Positions 1-12,670 of a DNA stretch of 64,000 nucleotides are shown here, in pieces. The position numbers were made by a program, and so were the translations under genes. This DNA comes from Yuukianura sp. NJ FZ-2021 (taxonomy: Eukaryota): contig CM102284.1 of the NCBI GenBank assembly GCA_046563655.1, positions 8,494,001-8,558,000 on the forward strand. The letters run 5' to 3'. The notes under the pieces are model-generated. The model saw nothing but the letters and a program-made list of their open reading frames with translations. It did no database searches and was not told the DNA's origin. The first letter of the stretch is position 1. Every line of letters begins with the position of its first letter.

Positions 1-329
1 ACGGTCTCGGTGTGATACAGGTTCATTTGCTCACAATTCTTGAAAGGCGGCTTACAGTTTCATTTGGAAAAACAATTGAAGTAAATGAGTTCAAAACAAC
101 CAAATGATTACAATTATTGATTTGTAATTGTTCCATTACCATGCTTTGGGAAGTGTAGCCAAATATTTCCCTATAGGATGATGTATTAAGGCACAATTAA
201 TAGTTAATTAGCTAATTAACTATTAATTAATACTTTAAACAATGTTATCCCTCTGTTTTTGTACTTTGGTACTGATGATTATGTAGAGAGAAGAGGGGAA
301 GGATGATCAGCTGAGATGATATAGGAACT

Positions 330-585
330 GTCCGTCCGGTGTCGGTCCAAAAGTTGAAATTTTTCAACTTTTGGGGGTCCCATCTCCTCCTTTGGGAAGA
401 GTTGACGGCGTAAAATGTGACGGAGGCAGCCGTGAGGCAATGTGAACACCTCACCCGTCTTCCGCCGTCAACTTTCTCTTCCGTCGTCCAACTCACCGCC
501 GGTGAGTTGGTTTGATGTGAATGGATACGCCGTCACAACTGCCGTCGGCAGTTGTTGCGGCGTATCCAGTGTGAAAGAGGCTTAA
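330..585. mobile_element. Palindrome-rich relic of a probable MITE (3' end resembles a PIF/Harbinger-type terminus)
   Basis: GC-rich island with several hairpins: AAAAGTTGAAA/TTTCAACTTTT (~348-372), CCAACTCACCG/CGGTGAGTTGG (~488-510) and TGGATACGCCG..CAACTGCCG/CGGCAGTTG..CGGCGTATCCA (~522-569). It ends in GTGTGAAAGAGGC followed by TTA. No matching 5' terminus seen. Confidence 0.4.
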
Positions 586-3127
586 AAGAGACGAGATTTG
601 AGTAGATGTGGGACTAAAGAGACTAAAGTGATGAGATGATTAGTTTGATTTCCATTGTGTTTTTAGTTTTCGGAGGGAATTTCACGCACGTACTTGTTAC
701 TAAAAAGTCGTTCATCCAGATCACCAATTTAGGTTCCAATCTCTTCATCTTCCCTTGAATTCCTGAGATGCGGAATGCTCTTGTGTGGTTGCTCAAGATC
801 AAAGACTACAATTGACATCCTCTTGGACAGAGTCGTGCTCTTCCAAATTTAAAACCGTGATTAATGGAAATTGACACTTCCATGACCACAGTGACAACTT
901 CATTCTACTACAAAAAAATTACATCACAACGGAAATCGATCCACGGTGCGATTTGAAAAAAAAAAAACTCTACATGTCAAAATAGGAACAAGAACATGAA
1001 AATTTTCACAGAAAAATAAAACTTCATTTTTTTACTTTCTCTTTGAGGTTGGATGGGTTGAATTTAGGGATTGTTGTTTTTTTCTGAAATGCGTATCAGA
1101 CGTTGTCTGAGGATTAGTGAGGAGGAAGTGATTGGTAATCTTTGTGAGTGATCTTGTGTTAATGTGATGTTGGGGTAGACAGGGGGTGTCTCTTCCTCTG
1201 ACTTTGACCTGCGTTGACCCGAGAGATGCGGAGACTTGTGTGATGCTGGAAGTCAAGATGTTTGTTTCCCTTCCAGAAGTGGATGTGTGTCCCGCTGTGA
1301 AAAGTCGTTTGGATGCTGGTTGATGACACGATAGCACTCTCTCAGTTTCTCCTTCAATTAGCCTCATTCTTACCAACTTCATTTCAAAACCACCTCAATC
1401 TACCTAATTTTACTTTTAAAAAAAAGCATTTTGAAACTGATACTATGTATGTGAGTGAGTGATGTGTGGGAGTATCGAGTGTGAAGCTTGAGGGTGATTT
1501 GGGAGCTCTGATTCTAATTAAGGACGTGGAAGTAGAGATGACATGCCTAGAAAAATGATCTCTTTGCACAGCAGAATGGACCAAAAGTCATCCATCAGCT
1601 CCTGGCTCATCGTTAGCACAAAACCTCCAAGCACATTTCAACCAAACGTCAATCCAAAAAAAGAGATTAGCAGAGATTCAGACCGGAAAACATTTTCAGA
1701 TGCTTCGATTCTCCGCCATTTCGATGCTTTTTAAAGACTTTCTCCTGAATTCAAAAAAAAGTTGGAGAAAGTTATAAAAGTGTAGATTTCTGGAGAAAGT
1801 TCTAAAAAGTGGGCAGATGTCTAAGGAATTCGGAATTTGGGAAGTGAAGTGAGGGATTGATGAACTTTTTTTTTCACTGAGAGGATGAGAGTGATGTTTG
1901 TTAATTACTTTTGACTTTGGTTGGAGAGATGCTCAAGACAGGTAGCTGATTAGCCTCGAGATGGATCAGAAATGGTCCATTGTTTGTCTGGCCGTGGGAA
2001 AGAACCTCCGCATTTCTAATTAACATTAACATTCAATTATCAATCATCTCAATCACATTCCCAGCACTCCTAAAAAAGAAACACAAAATACCCAACTAAA
2101 TTTCCAAACTAAAATCCAACAACAACTAAATAAAACTTGGTTTTCTAAATTTAGTTTTACGCCAATTTTCGAAATTTTGAGTTTTTGGTGATGATTAGAG
2201 AAGATTCATTGCGAGACGAATGGATCTGTGAAGAAGAACGTTTAAATTGGAGGCAACGCTTCACGCCTCACAAACTCACAAATCCCAAATGTCAGTTGAA
2301 AACAGTAGTTTTTGAAAAAATGTGAATTCTGAAGAATGTAAAATTTTGAATTTTGGAACATGTAGAATTTTGAATGTGATATTTTTGAGAGTAGAGTTGC
2401 GTAATAATGGTTGAAGAAGAGATGCAGCTGCCACTGAGGTTGTTAGCTATGAGTTATGTGTTGAAATTGTGCTCCTGTGCAGTTTGAAATTTGGGATCTC
2501 GAGATCGTACATTTTGGATCTTGTTGTTTGTTGACGTGGTGAGATTCGAAGGACCCAGTGAGGCAATCCTACTTTCAAAATCTGTAAAGATTTCACATCT
2601 TCAACCAACATCCTCCTCCAGGTGTACGGTGGACGCACATTTTCAACAAAGAAGAAAGAAATTTTAAAACTTTTTTTTAAAACAAACAGGAAACTTCGTT
2701 TTTCAAAAGTTGCTTAGCTTCCACGCCGCTTAAATTTTGATTCCATGCGACTTACGCTTAGGTTTTATTTTATTTTAGTTCAAGGGAAAGCTTTTCCTTC
2801 AGCCGTATTAGCTTTATTTTTGGGTGGAACTGAAACCCTGTTTCCAATTTGAATTTCTTAAAAGTTTTTCGAATTTTCGAAATTTCAAAATTTTATGAGA
2901 ATTTGGATTCCTCAGGAATTGGAGGTAGGAAGTCAGATTTTGAATTACTCAGCCCTTCCCTGGAAATCTCACGACTTCAATTAAATTCTCACCAGTCGAC
3001 GTCTGAATTCTGTAAAAATTTCAAAAATTCATTTCTTCAAAATTTTAATTAAAAAACAAAATCGTGTTTCAACAAAAAACTCTCAATTGTGAGAAATTTA
3101 CTGAAAATGAAGAAATTGTTGGTCTGT

Positions 3128-3226
3128 TTGTGCTGATGGGACTGCGTGTAGATGACTTTGTGTTGACGGAACTGCATGTGGATGATTTTGTGTTGATGGA
3201 ATTGGGTGTAGATGAGTTTGTTGATT
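3128..3226. repeat. 30-bp tandem repeat, about 3 copies
   Basis: Unit approximately TTTGTGTTGATGGAACTGCGTGTAGATGAC, repeated with substitutions. Confidence 0.75.
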
Positions 3227-5165
3227 GTGGATGGTGTGAATAATATTTATTTAAGATTGGATGATGATATGTTGTGTGAGGAATGCGACTGTGTCGGATA
3301 ATGAGGATGATGGAGTGAATGTGTTTGTGCTGCCAGTATGATCCAAGGGCCCTTGAGGGCCCTCCAGTCCTCTGCAACTGTCTCACCTAAATAGTCTCCA
3401 TCTTGGAGTTGTGTAATGAAGGGCCTACTGTGACGAGTCATCGTCTCATAAGGGGCCCTTAATAATGAGGCTCATGGCCAAGGCTACACTGTCACTTTTT
3501 TAGTAAAAGCGCTGAGTCAGAGTCTTTTCTTCTCAAAAAAGTACTCCAAGGACTGTGTCTTTTCAAAAGAAACCTCAAATCAACGCATCAAAAACTTCAA
3601 CAATTTACCATCTCACCATTTCACAAATAAACCTGCACACTCATTTTACAGCAGCAACACTTTCCAGCATTTAGACACAAAAAATTTAAATCCTACACCA
3701 CGATTCCAAATTCAAACATCACAAATATCCTGGTTAGTAATTTCTTTCAAAAAAAAAGTTTAGAGTTGAAAAGAATTGTAGGATGAAATTGGATCTCAAA
3801 AGGATAGAGCCCTTGAAGGGTCCCCCTTCGAAACTAGAACAACTAACGTTGAATTTCAACATAACATCAGGCATAACCAGTTTTCGAAACTCCACCCCTT
3901 CCGTCGTCAACCATTTCTAAAAAGTTGTTTGAACAAGATGAAAAGCTCCTTGGATTTGGACAACTTTTGTCTCAAGTACTTTTTCCAAAGAAGGCCCTTC
4001 AAGGGCCCCTATCTCTCCATCTCAATTTGTTCCAACTTTCTTTTGTTTCCGTGTAAGTTTTAGCACAGAAGCTTGTTTTGAACAAGTTCTGTTTTAAAAA
4101 TGGAATCGTCATGCTTTCCCTCCCTCTCTCAAGTGTCACTATTTCTAATTTTACACATTTTTGGTTGATGATGCTCAAAATCTCTCCAAAATTGTGGTTT
4201 CTCCCCTCCTTTTAATAATGGAAATACCAGGAGACACACATTCCAAACATTTTTTTAAAACAGGGGAAGGGAGGGAATCCACGTTTCAAAAAAAATGAAA
4301 AAATAAAAAGTGAAATATGAGTACTTTCACCGAGAGAACACGTAGAGATTTGTGCTGGATTTAAAAACAAAACGACAGCAATAAATTTTTTCCGAGAGAA
4401 AGGAATTTTTTCGGGGCAGAGAAAAATTGAAGCGGGAGAAAGTCAAGTTCAAGTTGACAAAAAGGCGTCGTTTTTTAAACTTTTGTCACCTGATGCTTTT
4501 TCCTCACGTGACACAGTTGACTGAATGGAGGAAGTGACATTGACATTGACCTAGTGCTCTCCGCTTTTGAATTCAGGAAGAAAGCCTTTTTTAAAAAAGT
4601 AGACTCACAACAAGAACCGTTTGGAAAAGAGAAGAATAGGTTGAGATTCAATTCAAATGTTGGCAGAATGGGATTTTGAGGGGAAATTTGAAAAGAAATG
4701 TTCTCTTTTGGAGAAAGTCTTTCATGCTTTCACCCAAATGTTGTTGTTGCATCTACGCAAGGCAACTCTCCCTCTTTTCAACAAAAGTCAATGCACTTGC
4801 CCACTTTAACTTCCAGAAACTGCGACGTTGGGGAGTTCAAAAGAGAAAGTTGAATTGAGGGAGACAAATGGGGGAAGCTTTATGCAAAATGGAAACCCTC
4901 CAAGTGCCCCACCTTTTGTCTCTTTTTGGTGGGGCCTTGGGTGGGGCCGGTGGAACTTAATCTTTGAAAGGGAAGCCATAAGGAAGTGTGTGTCCTTGGT
5001 TACCTTTCACTGGGAGACTAAAAGCCTCTCCTGCCACGCGTATGTCACAGGGAGACCATGACATATTTTCTCCAACTTTCCTCCTGTAGCACTTCCCTTT
5101 TGAAAAGGTTTTAGTTTGGCTTCAGTTGGGTGTCCATGGGTTACCACTTTGCATTTCACAGTTTG

Positions 5166-5430
5166 ATCGAACTAACTTTAGCCTAAACCAAGGTTCGTAA
5201 ACAAAAAGAAAAATTCTACACCAGGTTGTCCAGTAACTCGGAGTTTTCAACTTGGATTGATAATCTGGATTTCTATGGTAATTTTTTGCTTGTAATGTAA
5301 ATGGGATCAGTGCTAAATTGGTGCTAAAAGTTGTTTAAAGCAAGATTGTTCAAAACCCTGAGTTATTGGGCAACCTGTTGTAGAAAATTCAATTGGTTAC
5401 TATAACAACCTTGGTCTAAACCAATCGATC
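5166..5430. mobile_element. Small inverted-repeat element (MITE-like)
   Basis: TTCTACACCAGGTTGTCCAGTAACTCGGAGTTTT (~5214) is the near reverse complement of AAAACCCTGAGTTATTGGGCAACCTGTTGTAGAA (~5352). The outer TAAACCAAGGTT/AACCTTGGTCTA pair also matches. Confidence 0.55.
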
Positions 5431-6694
5431 TAGACAAAAAAAAAACTAACTTGTTTTTAAAAAATAGGTTTTTAGGAAAATAATTGTGAAAGTTGGAGAG
5501 AAAGTGAAGTTGTTGTTGGTTAGAGAGTGATTGTGAATTAGTAATTGTGGTTGTGAAGTTGATGTTGTTGAGCCTAATGACGCGTGTCCCTCGGAGGCAT
5601 TAGGTTTTGGTTAGGTTGAAGTTAGGTTTGTTAGGTTGAAGTTAGGATTTTGGTTGTGGGAAATTTTGAAGTTGGTTTGAATGCCTCTGGAAAGAGAAGG
5701 ATGGATGGTGAAAGTAATGATTTTGAAGTGGTTTTGGGAAGAGTAATGAGAAGGGTTGGTCTATTTTTTAGTGTTCTAGGCCCATTATTACTCTCCCCTC
5801 CGCCCCCCACCCCCGAGGGGGAAAGTTCCCCTGATAAGCCTCCCCCTCCCTGTCACAACGTCCCCCTCCAGGGGGCGGGGCAGCATTGATTCAGGAGACA
5901 GCACAGATTCCGCACAGATTCCTCCTACAACACTCAAATGGGATTGTGGAGGGACATTTTAAAGCAAGAGAAAGCAACCGAATCACTTCCTTCCATCTTA
6001 CGCCCAATCAAACCAAGCTGACTCACCTAAAACTCAAAAAACATCCATTTCATTTTAAAATTTCAAAAAAGGGGTTTAGAAAAAGAGATTTTAAAAATGA
6101 AAACATAGGGTCCATGTCAGGACTTTCACTCTCCCTACTCAAAATTTATTGGCTCTCAGGAAGCTGGAACGAATTTGGAAAAAGTTAAAAAATCATGCCA
6201 CTTGAAATCCCTTTTAAAAACTGAAATGGTCGTATTTATTCAGTCGCTTTAAAGTTTCGAATTTCCTGAAAGCGACATTTTTAGAACAAAGAGTTGGGAA
6301 TTGTTAAATTTTTAATTTGTGATTGGATTGTTAAATGAATTGAATTTGAGAGAAAGAGGCGGTTGTGGTCCATTGAGGCTAAAGTCGGGTTGTTCCTAAT
6401 TTATTTATGGTTTGAATTTTTGAAAGGTTCGTCCAGAGTGAAAGTGACAATGGGACAGGAGAGGGTGGGGTCCATTGTTACTCCCCTTCATTACCACTCG
6501 CCCCTACTAATTTATGACCCCCCTCCCCCCTAATGCCCGCAAATTAATTGCTCAACGGACTTCTACTTTTTACTAACAACTGCCCGCAACTTCCACTTTC
6601 TGCTTTGGAGTGACACATGACCACTTGTTCAAAACACAAATTATCAAAATTTATAGCAAAACTTGCTCAATTCACAACAAGTTAATTACTAGAA

Positions 6695-7082
6695 TTTCAA
6701 ATGCAAGTATTTCCTAATTCTGCAATTTGCAATGTATGTAATTTGTAGTTTTGCCATTCGCAATATAAGTAATCTGTAGTTTTGTAATTTGGCACATAAG
6801 CAATTCGTATTCGTGGGAACTGCAGTGTCAATTCTTGTTGTATTGCAATTTGCAGAATAAGTAATTCGTAGTTTTGTAATTTGCAAAATAAGTGATTCGT
6901 AGATTTGCAACAGAAGTAATTCGTAGTTCTGCAATTTGCAACAGAAGTAATTTGTACTTCAATTCAGAACCCTGCCATGGAACCCTTGTGAACTGTACTG
7001 CTGTTAATTTGTATTTTTGTAATTTGCAATATAACTATTTCGTAGTTTTGTAAGTAATTTGGAGTTTGGCGAATTTGCAAAA
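6695..7082. repeat. Degenerate minisatellite (~30-33 bp unit GCAATTTGCAA..AAGTAATTCGTAGTTTT)
   Basis: Repeated GCAATTTGCAA and AAGTAATTCGTAG motifs. They explain the spurious ORF 6689..6934. Confidence 0.75.
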
Positions 7083-9978
7083 TTTTTCCAAGTTTAGTTA
7101 AAATGTGAAATGAAATAAGTTAAAAACAAAATGGAGTCTGTTGGGTGGGAGAGTGAAAGTTTGAATTAGTTTGAGTTTTCTTTGGAGCTTTCAGCGTCAG
7201 GGGAGAAAGTTATTTTCTTAATTTGGGCGTTGAATGGAACTTTCTCTCTCAAAGAAAACTTTGTCATAATTAGACTGGGCCATAATGAATACAACTTCTA
7301 ATCTCCCTCCGTCTGCACACGACATCCCACTTCTTAAACTAAAACAAAATGGAACCCATTTCCAAAAAGAGCCCCAAATTCAAAACTAAATTCTGAAATT
7401 TGTGACAATTTGGAATTTGTGGGAAGAATGAAGATTGATGAGATGGTTAAATGTGTTGATTGAATTTGGTGGATTGTTGGGGCGGGAGAGAGTTTAATTG
7501 AGGCTCAACGCCTCCCGACATATGCCACCATTCACTCAGCCCAACTTTTATTTGATTAGGACTCATTTGATTAGGGAATCTCAGTCCCACCAGCACCACG
7601 CTCAGGGTGTTCGTCCATCTTGTTCAAACACGTTCAAATAGAAATTTAAAAAAGAATTCCGACAGCCCAACTCCAACCGACAACTCTCCCGGGAACGCTC
7701 GTTTCCAACTCCAATTCTCCTCTTTTGTTTCCTACTTTCTCCTCCGAATCTCCACTTTTCCCAAATCCCACACTTTTTCTAAAAACGGAACTAAAGTTCT
7801 AAATTTTCAACATTTTTAAAACTGAAATTTGATTCGTTTTTTAAGAAGAAAGGAGCAGCTGAATTGGCGGTGTCTTGTATCCCATAATTTGAGTTTTTGA
7901 AACTTTTCACAAAAAAGTTTTGAAATTGTTGGGCTCTTTTGCACAAGATAAGAGATATTTTTCAAAAAGGAAATTCAGAACAAAAGGAAATTTGAATCTT
8001 CTGTAAAAACGGTTCTTGTTTCTCCCTCTCCTGTCAAAATTTTGAAGATCTTTCAAAATCCAGCCTCAAGAAACCATCGTCGCTGTTCGAAATGTGGAAA
8101 TTTAGATTTTGTGTTTTTAAAAGCAGATTTGGATTGCAGTTGTAAAAAGCAGCTTCGGATTGAACTTCTGCTCGATAAGTTGAGAATTTTGTGCCTGACT
8201 GCACTTCCGGTGTGCTTTTCCGTTGCTGCTTGGATTTGCATTGGAGTAGTGGGCTGGAAGAAGGAAATCCGAATTTTTGTCGGGTGTCATCCTCTCCCTC
8301 TCATCTTTAGAAAAAGAGAGAGAATGTTTTTGGGAGTGAAGGGCAGAGTGACTATTGATTTCTGTGACTTGGAGTGAAAGGGAGATAGACAGTGTATTAT
8401 GATAAGTGCATTGCATTTGGCCTCGGAGATGCAGCAGACCCTCAGTTTCTGAAATTGACTCTAATTCTGTCGTCCCCACTTCCGCCACTCTTCAATAGAA
8501 CAAAAACCTTCTCTCAAACAACAGTCACAAAATCAAACATCTTTCCCAACTTTCACTAAAAGTCGCCATAAACCGAAAAAGATGCGGGAAAACTTGAATT
8601 TTTTTGAAATTTGTAGTTTCATGTTTTCTTGTTTCGGGAGAGGATTTGTTAGACATGAATTTGAAATGGAGCGCAGAGAAGGGAGGGATTTTTGTTTGTT
8701 AGAATTTGCATCAGAAGCCATTTTGTGAGGAAAAGAGAAAGCGGGATTTTGGAAAACTCCGAAATTCGGTGTAATGTGTCCCTTCCGGAGGAGCCATAAA
8801 ATAGAGAGCGGACAGTTTTGTGCATTACTCTTGTGCGGAAATGGGAATCAAATGATGGAGCAAATCAGGACGCACTAAAATCTGCTCTCAGAGATTTATG
8901 CTCTTGGCTCCAACTCCCAAAAAATTCAATATTGCAACTTTCTCTTTTTAGAAAAAGATTCAATATCCTCTGAAAAATGTTGATTTTGGGCCAAGAATTC
9001 CGGATGACTTCCCTTCGAACGTGCAATTTGGGAGAAGGAATTCTGGGAATTGATTGATTAATGTTGTGGAGAGGGAGAAAGTGCTTTGAGGTGTGCTAAT
9101 AAGCTGCCTCGATGAAATCGGTCTCACTAATCCTCGGAAAGTGTTTGATGAGAAGATGATGTGGTCGTCAAGGTCTGTGATGAGGGTTGTCTAATCCTGG
9201 GAGCAGTGCAGTTTCCATAATCTGTCTCACGGTCAGAGTCGTCGTGACAAGCGGATCAGTAGAGGATTAGTGGCTCCCTCGCACTCACAACCTTCTGTCA
9301 ATACAAATAATCCTCTGATTCAACGGATTCTGCTCACAACGAAACCAAAACCCTGCGGTTTCAGTTTCTAAATACTCAAAATTATACTCAAAATTGAAAT
9401 AAACAGAGAAAGTAGCGATTCTTTTCATACGGTGAAAGTCTTTTGCCTTGTGTAAGATTTTACAAATGCCAAAATTTTCAAACTTTAGTTTACTTAAATT
9501 TTTCTGTTAGTTTTAGTTTTTGAAGTTTTGTAAGGTCTTTTTTTTTTGAAAAATTATGGAACTGAAGAATCTACTTTCTCCGGAATTCGGACTTTTTCTG
9601 TTTCCCCCATGATTTGTTTCTTCTTTTTTCAATTACTCTCCGATGAAATCTGATTTTTGAGAACGGATTTTTGAAAATGGATTTTTGAAAAACCTATTTG
9701 AACATGTTTTTGAAAAGTGGTGGGGTGGCTGGTGCATGGTGGTTGAGTAAATGGTTCTAATAACACTCGATGTCAGAACCAGAAGGTTTTGACTTTATTA
9801 TTTTTGGTTGTTGTGGTGAAAGTGGTGGTGCACTGGTCTAAAATTACTTTTGCCACAAATATTTGATTCAGCTCCACATGACAGCTCTCTTCACATCTCA
9901 ATCTCACAAATCACAAATTCCAATCACTCCCCCTTTCAATTACTTTCTCTTCTTACTCAAAATATTCAACTCCAACTA

Positions 9979-11003
9979 CAGTACTGGAAAAAATTATAGG
10001 GACAAGCATATTTTTGAAGATAACTACACGAATTGTTAACCTAAATAAGCCAAAAAAATTATATAATACGTGAATGTACAATATAAAACTATGGTGAAAA
10101 TTTCATTAAGATTCATTCACCCGTTTTTGAATTACCTCAAAAAAACCGAAGTGAAAGTTGGAAAACCTGGAAAAAATTATAAGGACATGGCACTTTTTCG
10201 GTCCAAACAATTAAGCACTACAACTTCATTTGTTGTAGTAAATTATCCAAATTTTCAGAATCATTTTTTAAGTGCTTGGGGCAAATTTTAAGCAATTTCT
10301 CAGAAAAATCCGAAAAAACCGAAGATACCCGAATTCGGGTAATTTCGGTTTTTTCGGATTTTTGAACGGGAATCTTTGAGGAAGCTTATATGGAGCATGT
10401 GGTGAAAATTTGAGCAAAATCGGCACGCTAGTTCTCGAGATTGACCAGTTTTAAAAAACGTGATTAAGTTTTAAAAAATTTTAACATTAGTTAGCATGAA
10501 CCGTTTTTCAAAAAAATGTTGTCCGAATTTTGAAGTGCCGAATCTCGGGAACTAGCGTGCGGATTTTGCTCAAATTTTCACCACAGGCTCCCTATAAGTC
10601 CCCTCAAAGAATCCCGTTCAAAAATCCGAAAAAACCGAAAATACCCGAATTCGGGTATTTTCGGATTTTTCGGATTTTTCCGAAAAATAGCTTAAAATTT
10701 GCCTCAAACACTTGAAAAATGATCCGGAAAGTTTGGGCAGCCTACTACAACAATTGAATTTGTAGTGCTGAATTATTTGGACCGAAAACATGCCGTGTCC
10801 TTATAATTTTTTCCAGGTTTTTCAACTTTCACTTCGGTTTTTTTGACGTAATTCGAAAACGGATCAACGTATCTTAATGAAACTTTCACCATAGTTTTAT
10901 ATCGTACATTCCCGTATTATATAATTTTTTGGCTGACTTAGATTGCCAATTAGTAGAGTTATCGTCAAAAATATGCTTGTCCCTATAATTTTTTCCCGCA
11001 CTG
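9979..11003. mobile_element. Non-autonomous Tc1/mariner-type foldback MITE (~1025 bp)
   Basis: TA|CAGTACTGGAAAAAATTATAGGGACAAGCATATTTTTGA ... TCAAAAATATGCTTGTCCCTATAATTTTTTCCCGCACTG|TA, i.e. TA target-site duplication and CAGT termini. The arms (~9979-10443 and ~10541-11003) are imperfect reverse complements around a ~100-bp spacer. No transposase. Confidence 0.9.
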
Positions 11004-12587
11004 TATACTTCACTTAATAGCTTACAGACTCCACCGTTTGAGAAATTAAACTTTCCATGCTAAATGAAATTTTTCAGTTGAAAATGTGTGATGATTTTGA
11101 GTGGACTGAAAGTGAAAGTTGCTTTCTCCTGCTCATGTCCGATTTTTTTCTGTTTTCCCTTAAAAGAGACAATTTGTAGTTGATATTTGTAAGTGGACGG
11201 AGTGTCCATTAGTGAAATGGAGGTTTGATGAATGATAATGGCAGAATCCAAATGAAGTTCCTCTGTCATTGACATTCTATTTTGATAGGAGAGTAAGTGC
11301 ATCTGAAGTCTAATGGACTCGTGCTCTGTGGTGGAGGGAGTAACTACTGCCGACCATTGTTGGGTCCACCATAATGAGTATAATTATGCTTTCCAATTGG
11401 AATCATTACTCCACTGTGCAATAGCAAAGTTATTGCATAGCAGTGGACCTTCCTGTCTTTCCATGATTCATCTCTTCCTGGATCCAGATTTGGTGGGTCT
11501 GAGGTGGGACTTGGGTGGGACCAGAGAGGGGTGGAATATGGTTCATTAGAGGGTCTATTGAGGAGTTGAAATTATAAAAATTGTTGTGCTGGATGATGGT
11601 GGATGGCTTGTCACAACCATCACTTCCACGCATTTAATCACCATCATCATCACCCTCCTCCACGCCCAGCCACAATCACACAGTCTCCTTCTCAAAAATA
11701 CTAAAAACTAAGTCTAAAAGTGAGAAAAACTAAAGTCTATAAGAGATTAGAATGAAAAGTGGAGTCTAAAAGTTATTGAAAGTAGAGATTTAAAGTGAGA
11801 GTGTGCGTGTGGTGTGATTGAAAGTCAATTAAAATGGGGCATGGGCGAGAGGAATTAAGACTTTCGGTTCAGCAGTTCCTTTCTTCCGTTTGGTCAGAGG
11901 CAGAGTGAGGGAAAGTAGAATTTAATTTACTTTCACTCTCCATCTCTCGTGTCAACCGGAATCAAATCAGCCAATCAGCAAGCTCAATCCAATCAAAACG
12001 GAACTTATGCCACACAACTCCTAAAGTAAACAAAAAAAAAATTTTGATTTTGAATCCGCTCGAGAATTTTCATAAATTTTGGATCAACTTTTTAGTTTTA
12101 GTGAAAGTTAAGTTTAGTTCTACATATCCTTTTACTTTCATTGCAGATTAGTTGTGTTGTAATTAAAAATTGTGAAGATGTCCTTGGTTTTTAGTTTTGT
12201 TTTTGGTGTTTCCTTGGATGTAGATCTGAGATGAAAAAGTGGGAAGTTGTTGGAGTGATTAATGAAGTTGGATTTCCATGTGGAGACTTAGTAGTTTCTT
12301 CATTTGACTAACCTTGTAGTTCCTTGTACATTTTGTATTGATGTGTTTGAGTGGACATGAAAAGAAATTAAGAGAGGCCTTGGACTCCCATTCCACAGAA
12401 ACCAATTGAATCCAATCCTCAACTTACTCAACCAACCACAAAAAAACATCTTCTGAGTTACATTTTCCAAAATATATTTCGTTGAATTTAGAAAAGTCCA
12501 GTTTGATCTGGAGATTTGTGGTTGTGATGATTGAAGGGGCTTTAGAATCACTTAGGTTGATGATGAGGTGGAGAAGGATTGTCATTT

Positions 12588-12670
12588 CCATGAGACAGGA
12601 TTCGAACCCACGACTCATTTGAGGAGTCGCTTTCTCCTTCGTCCGTCTGTCCACTGGACTGGAAGGGGAA
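12588..12670 (-). other. tRNA-like / tRNA-derived SINE head relic
   Basis: Minus strand: A-box-like CAGTCCAGTGG, stem-loop GACTC-CTCAAAT-GAGTC, and B-box GGGTTCGAATCC. The T-stem and acceptor stem do not pair properly. Confidence 0.3.

Noticed and set aside
10070-10715. ORFs inside the MITE as transposase
   Set aside because: Short, with no DDE/D or HTH motifs.
12588-12670. Functional tRNA-Leu(CAA)
   Set aside because: T-stem and acceptor stem are unpaired and arm spacing is wrong.
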